Assembly: GCF_009914755.1 (NCBI RefSeq)
Contig: NC_060945.1
Length of the DNA stretch: 64,000 nucleotides
Reading direction: 5' to 3' (one strand)
Source: the human T2T-CHM13v2.0 reference genome, Homo sapiens
A program made the translations under genes and the position numbers. The notes beneath the pieces are model-generated. The model was not told the DNA's origin. It searched no databases and saw only the letters and a program-made list of their open reading frames with translations. Below are positions 41,605-53,659 of the stretch, in pieces (position 1 is the first letter of the stretch; each line of letters starts with the position of its first letter).

Positions 41605-44302
41605 TGAGCTTGATTTCAGCCAGCTTGATTTCTTTAGATCCTCAGAAAGCCATTCTAAATTTTATATCTCTGAGCAGCTCAATGTACAATCATAAGATTA
41701 ATGTGCTGCTGTTCTCAGGACCCTTCTAGTGAGACTGACTCTCTGGATGCATATTATTTATGGATTTTATGTTACCTTCTAAAATGAGCATGAGAGAGAA
41801 AGAACTTGTGAACTTGCAAACTGAAATCAATACAGATAATAACCTCTCACACAGAAAAGGTTGGGATGTCTCTGTTTATTTCATAAATATTCTTGTGGAT
41901 TAGACATACTCCTCGGTAAATGCTTCATGCTTTCTTTGTGCTTCTTCCTTCTTTTTCTGTTTCTCCTCCACTATACCTCATTTTCTTGCTTGGTTTTTCT
42001 ATCTCCCACACAGAAAATTCATGTTGGATTTCATATTATTACTTGACCCAATAAAGTCACTGAAACAGACACAGAAGGAGTCAGGAACCCATTTATTTCA
42101 CAGTGTGATAGATCAATATTCAGAAGAGAGCAATAATAGCGTATATGAAATACATTTTTTTCAAGTGTGCTCATTAAATGAAAGATTTCCCTCCTAAGAA
42201 TATCCTGTTTAGGGTTTTGTAAAATAGTATTATGTGAACTTATATCTAGAGGGATATTTGTAAACATTTAAAAAACTCACTGCTCTCCTAGAGCATAATT
42301 CACTATAAACTGCGCTTTTAAGAAACCATTCAAAAAAATTGGGTAACGGAATACATTTCTTTGACTCACCCTGTGTCTATATTAGAGTGAGACTATATTC
42401 TTAAATAGAAGACATATTTAACTACTATAAATGTTCTGTATAAATTATGACTTTGCTTAAGATAAGACACAAAAGAAACCTTAATGCTTCTTCCTTTATG
42501 GCCTAAACCATAAAGAACATAAAATCTATTCTGACAATTTTATTAGCCACATATTTTTCCTTCTATCAAACTAAATAGTTGTATTAAATCTACACAGAAT
42601 CTAAATGTTTATGTGTTAACTTACTCAGCCTTTTCTGCATCTGTTTTAATTCCTAGGGCATTTTCTCCACATGGTAATCAGAGAAGTACTGTTTCCAGAA
42701 AATAATGGAAACTTCAGAATTAACTGATTTGCACTTTCTAATGGGCATGGATGGGGATAGTGACTAATTAGCAGTGTGATCCATCATTCTAAGCAATTCT
42801 ACCTCAAGAACAGTGATATCTGATCACCCCAGTCTATCAGAGAAGTAGAGAAGTTCTAAACGTGTTGCTAATTACCCTGATGAATTAGTGGATGGAATCT
42901 CCCCCTCCCCGTGTTTCATATTTTCTTGGTATTATGATAGAGCAATGCTGGTGATCATGAGTGGCTTTTAGAAGGAGTGGAAATTTATTACATAGCCAGT
43001 TTTGATATGCAAAACAATTCAATTAGGGCAAATAAATTCTCCAACATTTCATACTATGTAGGAGACAATGATAATTGTATTGTTGGGTTCTCCATCTGTA
43101 CAACTATTAGTATTACTACAAAATGTTTAACCACCTGTGACCCATTAATTGGACAGTGCTACACAATATGCTTTTCTTTATTTAAAACTATAATTTTAAC
43201 ATAATTTAAAAATTTTATGAGTATAGAGATCATCTTCAGTTTCTTTAAAATAATGCTGGTTATATTATTATCAGAAGGTTGAATATTAAACCAGAAGATA
43301 CAAAATCTTTTCTTTTTGACCTTTTCTCTTAACCACCATTTAGATTTAATTTCTGCATTTCATTTTCACTCTCATTGTCACAAGTTTTATTTGGCTTATT
43401 GTTATGAGTCTCAGGTTAAATTAATTACGCCTATGAGTTCTAATTTTCACATGCCTTTAATTAAATGTGTTTTAATGGTAGTACCATAAATTTATTTTAT
43501 TTTTTCATTAACATATAGAAAATAATTTCTATTTGTGGCCTTAAGTACAATGTGAAACCAAAAATAAGTCTGCACTAAACATGAGATATGTATATCTTTG
43601 ATTGTAGTTTATTTTATGAAAGGCTTTTCAATGTTTAGCATCGCTGTTTATATCCATGATTGTCCCGAAGGTTGGATCCAAAGTTTATGGGGCAAGAGTG
43701 GGGGTGGGGCTGGTCATGAATGGCTCCTTACATTCATTGTCAGTAATAGTAGTAGATGCTTTCTGTTGTATAAATTTGAAAGTATTCAAATCTATTCTCA
43801 GTTTACCCTATCAATATGTAAAATATCAAGAACTTTTTTATGTTTCTTTAGTTTTAGGGATAAAACATACTTTCTTTTATATTTATTTAGAACTCCAATT
43901 TGTGGCATGAAGGGAAAAATGCTTCAATGTGAATTTGTGCCAGCTGACTAACATGAGAATTGTATTACTTATAATTAAACAAATTACTAGTGAAATATAG
44001 TTTCATTAATTTTTCTTATAGTAGAAACCAAATGCAGGATAAATATAAATATTTAAAATATTGACATGCAAAAGAGAGAATTCTGCAAGGCAATAAAGTA
44101 AGGCATGTGAAAATTGCAAGTATCAAAAAATATCTATATGATTATAAATGAAAAGAATCAATTAAAGGGGTTACTTTTTCCCATGATGTAATGGGAAAGC
44201 TTGCAGAGAAAAAGGAAAACTTAAAAGAGAAAAACATACATGATAAAAGACGGTGTGTACCGGGTGTTTTCATCTAGTGAATTATAAAGCGTACTAATAC
44301 AA

Positions 44303-44592
44303 TCTAATGCAGGAACAGAAAACCAAACATGGCATGTTCTCACTTGTAAGTGGGAGCTGAACGATGAGAACACATGGACACATGGAGGGGAGCAACACAC
44401 ACTGGGGCCTATTGCGGCAGAGGGGAAGGAGAGCATCAGGAAGAATAGCTAATGGATGTTGGGCTTAGTATCTAGGTGATAGGATGATCTGTGCAGCAAA
44501 TCACCATGGCACATGTTTACCTAGGTAACAAACCTGCATATCCTGCACACATACCTTGAAACTTCAACTAAGAGTTGAAGAGAAAAAAAAAT
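44303..44592 (+). mobile_element. L1PA8-10-like 3' fragment
   Basis: ggaacagaaaaccaaacatggcatgttctcacttgtaagtgggagctgaac...gtaacaaacctgca...A tail. Confidence 0.88.
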
Positions 44593-44639
44593 AAAGTTTG
44601 CTAATTATCAAGTAATTGTTTTCAGCTCCAAATTTTTAT

Positions 44640-45203
44640 TTTGTACTGTTTATCATGCAGAAGCAGGGCTCTGCAAACCACATTTCTACTTTGCTTACAG
44701 ATTTTCCATTAGTTTCTGCCAAGGGGGAGCAGTAGAAGCCAGAAAAGCTGGAAGAGGAAGAAGGGAATTGTCGCTTCCTGTTTGCTTCTTGTAGACTTCC
44801 ATTTGGTGTGTCCTTCTTGTAAACTTCACTCCAGCAATGCTTACTCACCCTGGAAGTAGCAGTTCCTTTCTACAATATCAGCTGAGTCTACTTTGCAGCT
44901 TTCCCAACCCTTGTAGAATCACCTTTATCTACTCTCCTCAGAAACAACACCACCAGCTGAGAAAGCAGAATTCTTTCCTCAAAGGCCAGAGTCTCAGCTC
45001 CGTGGAGACCCTCCTCTTAGTTCTTTAGTGGGGGACTGGAATGGGAACTGTTTTCTGAAGTTGTCACACCTGTGACACTTTAGTCTCTCCTACCTTTCAG
45101 TCACCTAGCTAGCCACTGTATGGCTAGGAAAAAAATTGTTTAAATTTGCTTTGTTTCAAAAATTGGTCTTATTTTGGTCTCCCAACTGGACCCTGACTGA
45201 TAT
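44640..45203 (+). mobile_element. Ancient ERVL-type solo LTR (LTR33/41-like)
   Basis: Ends gtctcccaactggaccctgactgata; left boundary approximate. Confidence 0.4.
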
Positions 45204-45539
45204 AAAACCTAGAGCTCTAAGCTCTTTTCAGCAATTATTTTTATTTGATAACTTTGAAATATAGTGTTCATTATTCAAATTGGAGATCTTTTTCTATCAT
45301 ATTTGGATATGATCTTTTCCATCATATTTTACTTCTCCCTATGACTGCCTTACCAGGTTCAACCCTACTTGTCTTTTAGGAATTAACTGAAATGATGATC
45401 CCTTTCCAATATGTTCTATTAACCCCCATTCACTCTTGGCCATTAATGACCAAGATAAGTCTACAGTTAGCTGCCCTGATACCCAGTGAACACTTGTTAC
45501 ATTTATTATGTTGTTCATAGGTACCTGTTCACTTGTCTC

Positions 45540-45668
45540 TTTTCTACTACACAGTAAGCTCTCTAAAGAACTGAACCAACTTTTATTCACTGGAACTTGA
45601 ATGTTCATTTGCACTGCTGCTACATACTAGTTGCTTGATAAATAATTATTGCATGAATAAATAAATGA
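45540..45668 (+). mobile_element. L2 3' end
   Basis: gtaagctctct...tagttgcttgataaataattattgcatgaataaataaatg. Confidence 0.55.
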
Positions 45669-45701
45669 AAATTTCAAGAATGAGTCTTTTTTTCAGAATT
45701 A

Positions 45702-45875
45702 TAATTGCCAGATTTAACAAACAAAAATATAGGACTCCCAGTTAAATTTGAGTTTCAGTAAAACAATGAATAATTTATTTAGTATAAATATATCCTAAAT
45801 ATTTCATTGCTAAAATAAAATTTTTAAATCTGGAATTCAAATTGCACTGGGTGTCTGTATTTATCTAGCAACTCT
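45702..45875. mobile_element. MER53 palindromic hAT MITE
   Basis: ttgccagatttaacaaacaaaaatatagga..ccagttaaatttga mirrored by aattcaaattgcactggg..tatctagcaac. Confidence 0.8.
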
Positions 45876-46561
45876 TGTCTGAAAAAATTCTTCCAAGACT
45901 GACTTGATTGAATGAATTGTGGGAAAAATGTTTTAATGCTTCATATAGAAGCATCAAGAATGCTTCATATACATTTGTGCCAACTATGAAAATCAAAAGA
46001 CTATGTTTTACTGTGTTATTTGATGGATTGACCACTCCAATTGCTGTAATAGGTAGACCTGATGCCCTAGATTCAAGATAAATGTTTTTCCAGCAACAGT
46101 GGAACATACTTTATCTCCCAGCAGGGCTTGTCTGGATGTCTACTGACAGGCCTCGTAGTGTGACTCAGCTAGGCAAATACCAGCCTGAAGGTCACTCTTT
46201 GAAAATTATACCATGCTGGGCACATCCAATAATGTCAATCTTTCCTGGACCTAGTCTTGAGGTTTGCGGTCTTGAAATATAAATGTCCCAAGCACAGATT
46301 TTGACAGCTAGTAATTGTTTAATAAATGATGACTTCCTTTCTCAATACATTTGAATCCATTTCAGAAGAAAAAAAATAAGAAAGAAAAGATTGTTTAGGA
46401 AAAACTTCTGGGCCTGGAAGTTTAGCATTTTAACATCACGTCCTCTGCAATTGACCTAAGATTTAGGAGTTACGGTAGTTTAATGGGATATAGAAGCAAC
46501 GCAATTTTACTTAAAACAAAAAATTGGCTCTCTGGGAGCCTTAAGAAAGAAACTTTTGACA

Positions 46562-47102
46562 TGTCAACCTGAAAACATTAAAGGAGTCAGAATCCCGTTT
46601 TAAAGAGTTTATTCAAGTGAAAAGCTGGAAATGGTCATTCCAGAATGCATGATCTCCAGAGAAATAGGGTCAGTGCTCTAAAGTTAAAAGCTAAGTTCTT
46701 GCTTATATAGTAAGGAGACAAAGACACCTAACAGGATTATAACATTTTCAATACAAAGTTGGTTTACAGAGTTACAACAAATTAGTTAGTTACCGTGTGT
46801 TTTCTGTGCAGTTTGTTTTCCTTATAGCTGGTTTTCATTTCCTTTCCTAAGAGGAAGGTTAATCTATAATGAAAGTCAACCGTGGAGAGAGAAGGGGTCT
46901 TTCTTGGTTCTGTCGGGCCCTTCACAACATTTGACAAAACAAAGCAGATAAGGGAAAAAGCTTAATCTGTAATCAAAAGGTTGCAGCTGGCTAGGTTACA
47001 AGCTGCTTGTCACATGACTGAGGCTCCATAATTGACATTCTTTTAAGGCTCAAAATAATTTAGAGTTCCAACAGGTTAGATTTTGAATTACTCTTTTTTA
47101 CA
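46562..47102 (-). mobile_element. ERV1 solo LTR (MER67-like)
   Basis: tgtcaacctgaaaac...tttattcaag (antisense polyA signal)...ttttgaattactc...ca. Confidence 0.6.
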
Positions 47103-47430
47103 TTTTTTTTTATTAAACTTGTTTTAATTAGGGACCTGGGTATTTGTTAAATAAAGAATGTCTTGTGAAGTTTAAAATGTTGAGACTTATTATGATGATT
47201 ATTAATGTTAATGTGTTCTAGTTTCAAGTTTTATGGATTGAGAACTTGGATGAATGGAGAAACCATTGAGTGAGATGGGGGAAAAGTGTAGATGTAACAT
47301 ATTTTGACAAGGAGTGGGGTTGAGAAAAGATTAGGAGTTTAGTTCTGAACCTTGTCCTTGCAAGTCTTTCAGACATTCAAAAACTGTCAAGCAGGCCGTT
47401 GAAAAATGAATCTGGAATTCATTAGAAAAG

Positions 47431-47797
47431 TGTGGAGTCCTGACAAGATAAGCAACAATGAGGAAGGGGCCCCAGGTGGGGGAGAACAATTATTCTGAGA
47501 GACAGCTAATCACAGACAACCTGCTGGCATAACATCCTGTTCCCAAATACCTCATTCTGCAGGCAGTAACAGCAGCACAACTTTATCTGCGCATAGTCCC
47601 TCCAGCACAACCCTCTAAAACTTCCCTCCAGCCCCTGCCTCTTGGTAGACAATCCCTTCTCTGCTGCGCTACCCATTGTATTCTTGCACCATGTGTCTTT
47701 GTACTTCCTCTAATAAACCTGCCTTTATTTACCTATGATTGTCTTGGTAAATTCTTTTACCAACTACCATGCTGGCCCCAGCCACTTACCTCCACCG
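47431..47797 (+). mobile_element. ERV1 solo LTR (MER66-like)
   Basis: tgtggagtcctgacaagataagcaacaatgaggaaggggcccc...ctctaataaacctgcc. Confidence 0.6.
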
Positions 47798-47949
47798 TAG
47801 TGATTGCTAGAGTTACATTTGGTAACTATTTCTATATAGGGGTTACTTAAAGCCATAAGACTTGCTAAGAACCCCAAAGAAGAGAGGTAGATACAAAAAA
47901 GATGATGGGGTCCAGGACCCATTGTGAGCTCTGAGTCACTCACTCAAAC

Positions 47950-48242
<293 letters not shown>

Positions 48243-48835
48243 AAACTTTAAAGCTAGGAGAGAAAAGGAAAACACAACAAATGTAACTGAGTGTGACATA
48301 ATCGGAAGTAAATATTCGATCTCTGTTTTTTTGGCACAAAGCTCCTAAAATCCTTGGAATCTTCAAACTAATGAGTGTGGGGTTTTTTGTTTGTTTTGTT
48401 TTTTTTTTTGTTTTGTTTGTTTGTTTGTTTTGGCATACTGATGAGATAACTGATGGCTGGTGTGTTCCTGTATAGCCTCAGGATGGGTGCTGGTTGTCAG
48501 GGAAATTCAACCAAGTGATTTGAGGGTTAGAACTTTCGTTGCCACAATCCTGACCTCCAGGTAGGTCACTAATGACCAACAATTTTATCAATCATTTCTC
48601 AGTGTATGAAGCCTCCATATAACCCCAAAAGGATAGGGTTTGGAGAGCAACCAGGTTACTGAACACATATAAGTGACAGGAGGGTGGCACATCCAGAGAG
48701 GGTATGGAAGCTCTGTATCCTTTCTCCCATACCTTACCCTAGTCTTCTCAGTCATCTTGCTGTTTATGTGCATTACTTATAATATTCTTTAAAAAAACAG
48801 GTCAATATAAGTAAAACACTTTTTCTATTAATATC

Positions 48836-49419
48836 TGTTGGGAAAAACTTGAATGTTGGGGGGAAGCTGAGGCAGGGTTTCCATGTCTGACATAATGTAG
48901 AATAGTCTTGGAACATGTCCGGGGTCCAGGGTCTAAAACCCTTTGTGGCCTTTGCAACATCAAGCTCTGTGCTAAAGGGTGGAAGGCTACCCTGACACAC
49001 CATAATCTAAGCCCAGGGCATAAAATTCCTTGTGGCTTGGATAGAATCCAGGGCTCGTGGCTCTAGAATGTCTCTAGACTTGCTGGCTCCTTGCTCCTTG
49101 CTCTCCCAGGATCAATTGTATCTTGAGTTAAAAGAACCTGCTCTCCATTTTCTCAAGCAGCAGAGCAAACGCTAAACCATGACAGCTATAAATCATGTGC
49201 TTAATGCAAGATGACCTCCACATTCTCACCACCTGTTTCTTTGTTGGATTACCAATAAATAGCGTGGGGTCCCACAGCTCAGGACCTTCACAGCCTCCAT
49301 GATTGCAGTGGGCCCCTGGTGTCCCACCTTTCTCTCTCAAACTGTCTTTTTCTCAATCCTTTGACTCCGCTGGACTTTGTCACCCCCACGACCTGGTGTT
49401 GGGTCTGTTCACCCCAACA
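48836..49419 (+). mobile_element. ERVK-class solo LTR (LTR14-like)
   Basis: tgttgggaaaaac...gaagctgaggcaggg...caataaatagcgtggg...ggtctgttcaccccaaca; TSD atatc/atacc. Confidence 0.75.
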
Positions 49420-50067
49420 ATACCCTTTATCTGTTGCAGGATCCAATCCCAGTTCCCACATTGCATTTAGTTGTACTGCCTCCTTAGCCTCCTCTGACTT
49501 ATGATAGTTTTTCCATCTTTCCTTATTTTTCATGACCTTGAGAGTTTTGTGACATATTTTGGTATGCGTTTTGTAGTATGTCCCTTAAATGAGCTATGTC
49601 TGATGCTTTCCTCATAGAACCTAGACTCTTAAATTCTAGAATACCACAATTTTTTTTTCTCATTATCTCACGTTGTTTCTCAGTAGTTAGAAGTTAAGGA
49701 AATAAAAAATATTTTTCCCCAAAATATATTCCTTTGATATATTTTTAAATGACCAGAAGATTGGAGTGGCTCTGAAAAGCTGTCTTTTGCAGGGGAAAAT
49801 TATATCTGTAGAGAATCTTCATTAATGCACCCAGGCTTTCCCTTTCTTTCCCCAATCTAGAAGAAATTAATTAAGAGTTTGACACTGTATTGGTTCATTT
49901 TCACACTGCTGGTAAAGACATAGTTGAGCCTAGGCAATTTACAAAAGAAAGAGGTTTAATGGACTTACAGCTCCACGTGGTTGGGGAAGCCTCACAATCA
50001 TGGTCGAAGGCAAGGAGGAGCAAGTCATGTCTTACATGGGTGGCAGCAGGCAAAGAGAAAATGATGA

Positions 50068-50234
50068 TGTAGGGAAGTTTAAGTTTTTCCCCTGGAGATT
50101 CAATAATTTGTGTCTATAAAACTTACTCATAATAGATAGATTAACAGAAAAAAAGGTATAAAAATTTTAATTACATGTAACATGTGCACCAGAGTAATAC
50201 AAAATATAAAAACTCAAAGAAGGGCAACAATTTT

Positions 50235-50269
<35 letters not shown>

Positions 50270-50923
50270 AGATCCTTGCTGCGTTGCCAGGGCTGGAGTG
50301 CAGTGTCATAATCACAGCTCACTGCAGCCTCTACTTCCTAGGCTCAAGCAATTCTGCCACCTCAGTGGCCAAGTAGCTGGAACCACAGGCGTGTACCACC
50401 ATGCTCAGATAACTTTGTCTTTTTTTGTGTGTGTGTGGAGACAGGGGTCTCACTGTGTTGCCTAAGCTGGTCTTGAACTCATAGGCTCCTCCTCCCTCAA
50501 CCTCCCCAAGTGCTGGGTTTACAGAAAGATTAAGGGCTTGGAATCCCCACAAAGCAGGATATGGGTGGGGGAAAAGAGGAGAAAAGACATGTTATACAGA
50601 TGAAACCTCACAGATAGCAGTTCTTAGAGACAATAGATAGTAACCTCTGGTCAATGTTTCTAGGTTAGAACTTAAAAGTGTCCAACTCTCAATCTTTCCT
50701 ATACCCTGTCAAGAGGGTCTTTGGAGACAAACTGTATGCATGTGTTGTTTACTTCATTTATTTCCTCTACAGATGCAAATATCACCCCCCCCCCAAAAAA
50801 AAAGAAATACACACACGAAAAGAGAGCTTTGCAGGTCTATTTTTGTCTGTAACCCCTCTGAACAGCCTTTTCAAAATATGTTAAATAAGTATATTTTGAC
50901 TTAAAATATTTTCATTTCCTTCA
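50068..50923 (-). mobile_element. MER34/MER39-class ERV1 LTR containing an AluJ
   Basis: tgtagggaagtttaagttttt...gatagattaacag...ctctacagatgcaaat...aaatattttcatttccttca. Confidence 0.6.
50239..50525 (-). mobile_element. AluJ, degraded
   Basis: Poly-T, ggctggagtgcagtg..cacagctcactgcagcc..ggctcaagcaattc..agtgctgggtttaca. Confidence 0.85.
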
Positions 50924-51229
50924 ATTAACCTGAGGAGGGGTTCCTGGTAAACCCTAATTTAGAGCTATTATGTCAGAAATTCCAGAAGTCCATATTGGTA
51001 TCTAAAGTGGGGTGCCACAGTCTTGTGGGACTGAGCCCTTAACCTGTGGGATGGGAGTCTAACTCCAGTTAGAGTCAGAATTGAACTATAGAACATCTAG
51101 TTTGTGTCCACTAGAGAATTGACATGTGGGAAAAACTCCATACATCTAACATTAGGAGTGAAATATCCAGGACTATTGAGAGTGTAGCAGGAGAAAGGAG
51201 TCAAAGTTTGTTCAGTTTAGTTCTTTCCC

Positions 51230-51960
51230 TGCTGTAGGGGTTGAGACCCTTGGTGTTATTGGTGAGACAAGTTATTGGAGGAAGAAAGGAAGAGGCTTGG
51301 TTAGCAAAGGTGGTCAGATGTATACGTGAAATCTCATGGGTAGCAGGCCTCAGAGACAATAGATGGTAAGTGTTCCTGTTCAGATCTTTAATGGAGCCTG
51401 ATATGGTTTGGCTGTGTCCCCACCCAAATCTCATCTTGAATTGTAACTCCCACAATTCCCACATGTTATGGGAGGAAACTGGTAGGAGGTATTTGAATTA
51501 TGGGGGTGGATCTTTCACATGCTGTTCTCATGATAGTGAATAAGTCTCTTGAGATCTGATGGTGCTAAAAATGGGAGTTTCCCCCACACAAGCTCTCTCT
51601 TTGCCTGCTGCCATCCATGTAAGACATGACTTGCTCCTTCTTGCCTTCCGCCACGATTGTGAGGCTTCCCCTACCACGTGGAGCTATAAGTCCATTAAAC
51701 CTCTTTCTTTTGTAAATTGCCTAGTCTCAAGTATGTCTTTATCAGCAGTGTGAAAATGAGCTAATACAGTGTCAGACTCTCAATTAATTTCTTCTAGATT
51801 GGGGAAAGAACGGGAAAGCTTGGGTGCATTAATAAAGATTCTCTACAGCTACAATTTTTCTCTCCAAAAGACAGCTTTTCAGAGCCACTCCAATCTTCTG
51901 GTCATTTAAAAATATATCAAAGGAATATATTTTGGGGAAAAATATTTTTATTTCTTTAAC
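51230..51960 (-). mobile_element. MER39/MER34-class LTR fragment interrupted by THE1
   Basis: agcaggcctcagagacaatagatgg...gtgtcagactctc...gattctctacag...aaagacagc...aaaatatttttatttc. Confidence 0.6.
51399..51768 (+). mobile_element. THE1B-like MaLR solo LTR
   Basis: tgatatggtttggctgtgtccccacccaaatctcatcttgaattgt...ctaataca. Confidence 0.9.
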
Positions 51961-51989
51961 TTCTAACTACTGAGAAACTAAGTGAGATA

Positions 51990-52265
51990 ATGAGAAAAAA
52001 ACTGTGGTATTCTAGAATTTAAGAGTCTAGGTTCTATGAGGAAAGCATCAGACATACCTCATTTAAGGGACATACTACAAAATGCATACCAAAATATGTC
52101 TCAAAACTCTCAAGGTCATGAAAAATAAGGAAAGATGGAAAAACTATCATAAGTCAGAGGAGGCTAAGGAGGCAGTACAACTAAATGCAATGTGGGAACT
52201 GGGATTGGATCCTGCAACAGATAAAGGACATTAACAGAAAAAGTGGTGAAATCTGAATACATTCA
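51990..52265 (+). mobile_element. Old L1M (L1MC4-like) 3'UTR fragment
   Basis: caaggtcatgaaaaataaggaaag...actaaatgcaatgtggg...ggattggatcctg...aaggacatta. Confidence 0.65.
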
Positions 52266-52322
52266 AATGTTTACTTTTTAAAAATATTAAATATCAGTAG
52301 CATAATTAAGAATTTCATATAA

Positions 52323-52726
52323 TGTTACATTTACTCTAAAGCTGCTTCCTTGTAAGTTTGGCCTACAGGTTTCTCTGTAAATAGAGAACTGTAACCTAAC
52401 TGGATATGTAAACAGTCTGTAATCTACTCTTTTAACACATGGCTTGGTCTCAGCCAATGACAGAAGCTATGTTTCAACCACTCACAGCCAGCCAACTGTC
52501 CAAATAAGGCAAACACCAAGCTGCTACCAATTCAGCTGTTTCTGTACCTCACTTCCATTTTCTGGGAGTCACTTTCCTTTTCTAACTGTAAATCCTCTCC
52601 AACCACACGGCAATGCCAGAGTCTGTCTAAACCTGTTCTGGTTTGGGAGGGCTGCCTGATTCGAATCATGTTTTTGCCCAATTAAACTCTGTGAAATTTA
52701 ATTTGCCTATGTTTTTTCTTTCAACA
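52323..52726 (+). mobile_element. MER57-family ERV1 solo LTR
   Basis: ctaaagctgcttcctt..ggcctacaggtttctc..gtaacctaactgga..caattaaactctg..ttcaaca. Confidence 0.8.
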
Positions 52727-53602
52727 ATACTAAATTGTTGATCTGAGTCTGTCAGTTCTTAATTTCTTGTGGGAATGTCACTGGCTTCCACTAATTATAA
52801 GAGTGTTTATGTAGAGCATGGCTGTACTACTTGGTAAGCATCAAATAAAGACTGTGCCAAATGCTTTAACAATGGCTTGGGACAAAGGTCTTTGTTCTAT
52901 TTTGAACCTTAATAATCAGTTGTAGAAACATAAACATATCCCATGGCTCTCACTGTCAACCCAGATGTGTACTTGCTTTCTCTCTGTGTTTTTAATTAGT
53001 TTTAATTGCCCTAAAGTGATCATAGAAGTGATGAAAGTGTAAATATTTTACTGGATTTCAATTTTACATCTAATTACACCTCCGATGACTCTTACATACA
53101 TATAGCGTACCTAGGGCTCTGGGTGATTAAAAGTTATCGCTTGATTACATCGAGAAAAATTACAAACTGTCCTACAGCTTCACATAGCAATGCAGCACGT
53201 TCACTCTAATATTTAGAAATCATAGACATTTAAAAGTCACATGCATTACAACTGAATTTGATGTACTTGTTCTTATAGAGATAATCTATGTATGAATAAA
53301 ACAAAAAGTGTATTATCTGTGTTTGTGTGTTTACCTTTTTTTTTGCAGAATTATGTGCAAAATGCTCCAGTGAACCTTTTCACTTTACTTTTCTACAGAT
53401 TTATTTTTTATGATAGTATTCTATTAAACAGTTATAAATCTTTCCTTCTTTGGCTTGGATATGGTTGGCTACTCGTTGCCAATCACATGTCAAGAGCAGG
53501 CAGTGTGGTTCAAAGAAGCAGTCAAGAGGCAAGAGATTCAAATATATGTAAGTTCAATCTGGTGTTTACTAAGAACTCGAGACCAGAGAAAAAGATTGTG
53601 CG

Positions 53603-53603
53603 C

Positions 53604-53658
<55 letters not shown>
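53603..53658. repeat. (CT)n(CA)n compound microsatellite
   Basis: Read directly. Confidence 0.95.

Positions 53659-53659
<1 letters not shown>

Larger units (their letters stand above)
48292..51200 (+). mobile_element. MER21-like LTR split in two (48292-48816 and ~50924-51200) by nested insertions
   Basis: agctcctaaaatccttggaat...ggatgggtgctggt...cacatccagagagggtatggaagctc; resumes aacctgaggagggg...gtcttgtgggactgagcccttaacctgtggg in the same orientation. Confidence 0.75.
48817..52245. repeat. Inverted repeat, arms 48817-50058 (interrupted by LTR14) and 51596-52245, ~650 bp of shared sequence, ~1.5-kb spacer
   Basis: Reverse-complement alignment checked block by block. Confidence 0.96.

Noticed and set aside
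50068-51960. Two MER34/39-class LTRs in the same orientation as the ends of one provirus
   Set aside because: They are strongly diverged from each other and are separated by MER21 sequence, not retroviral internal sequence
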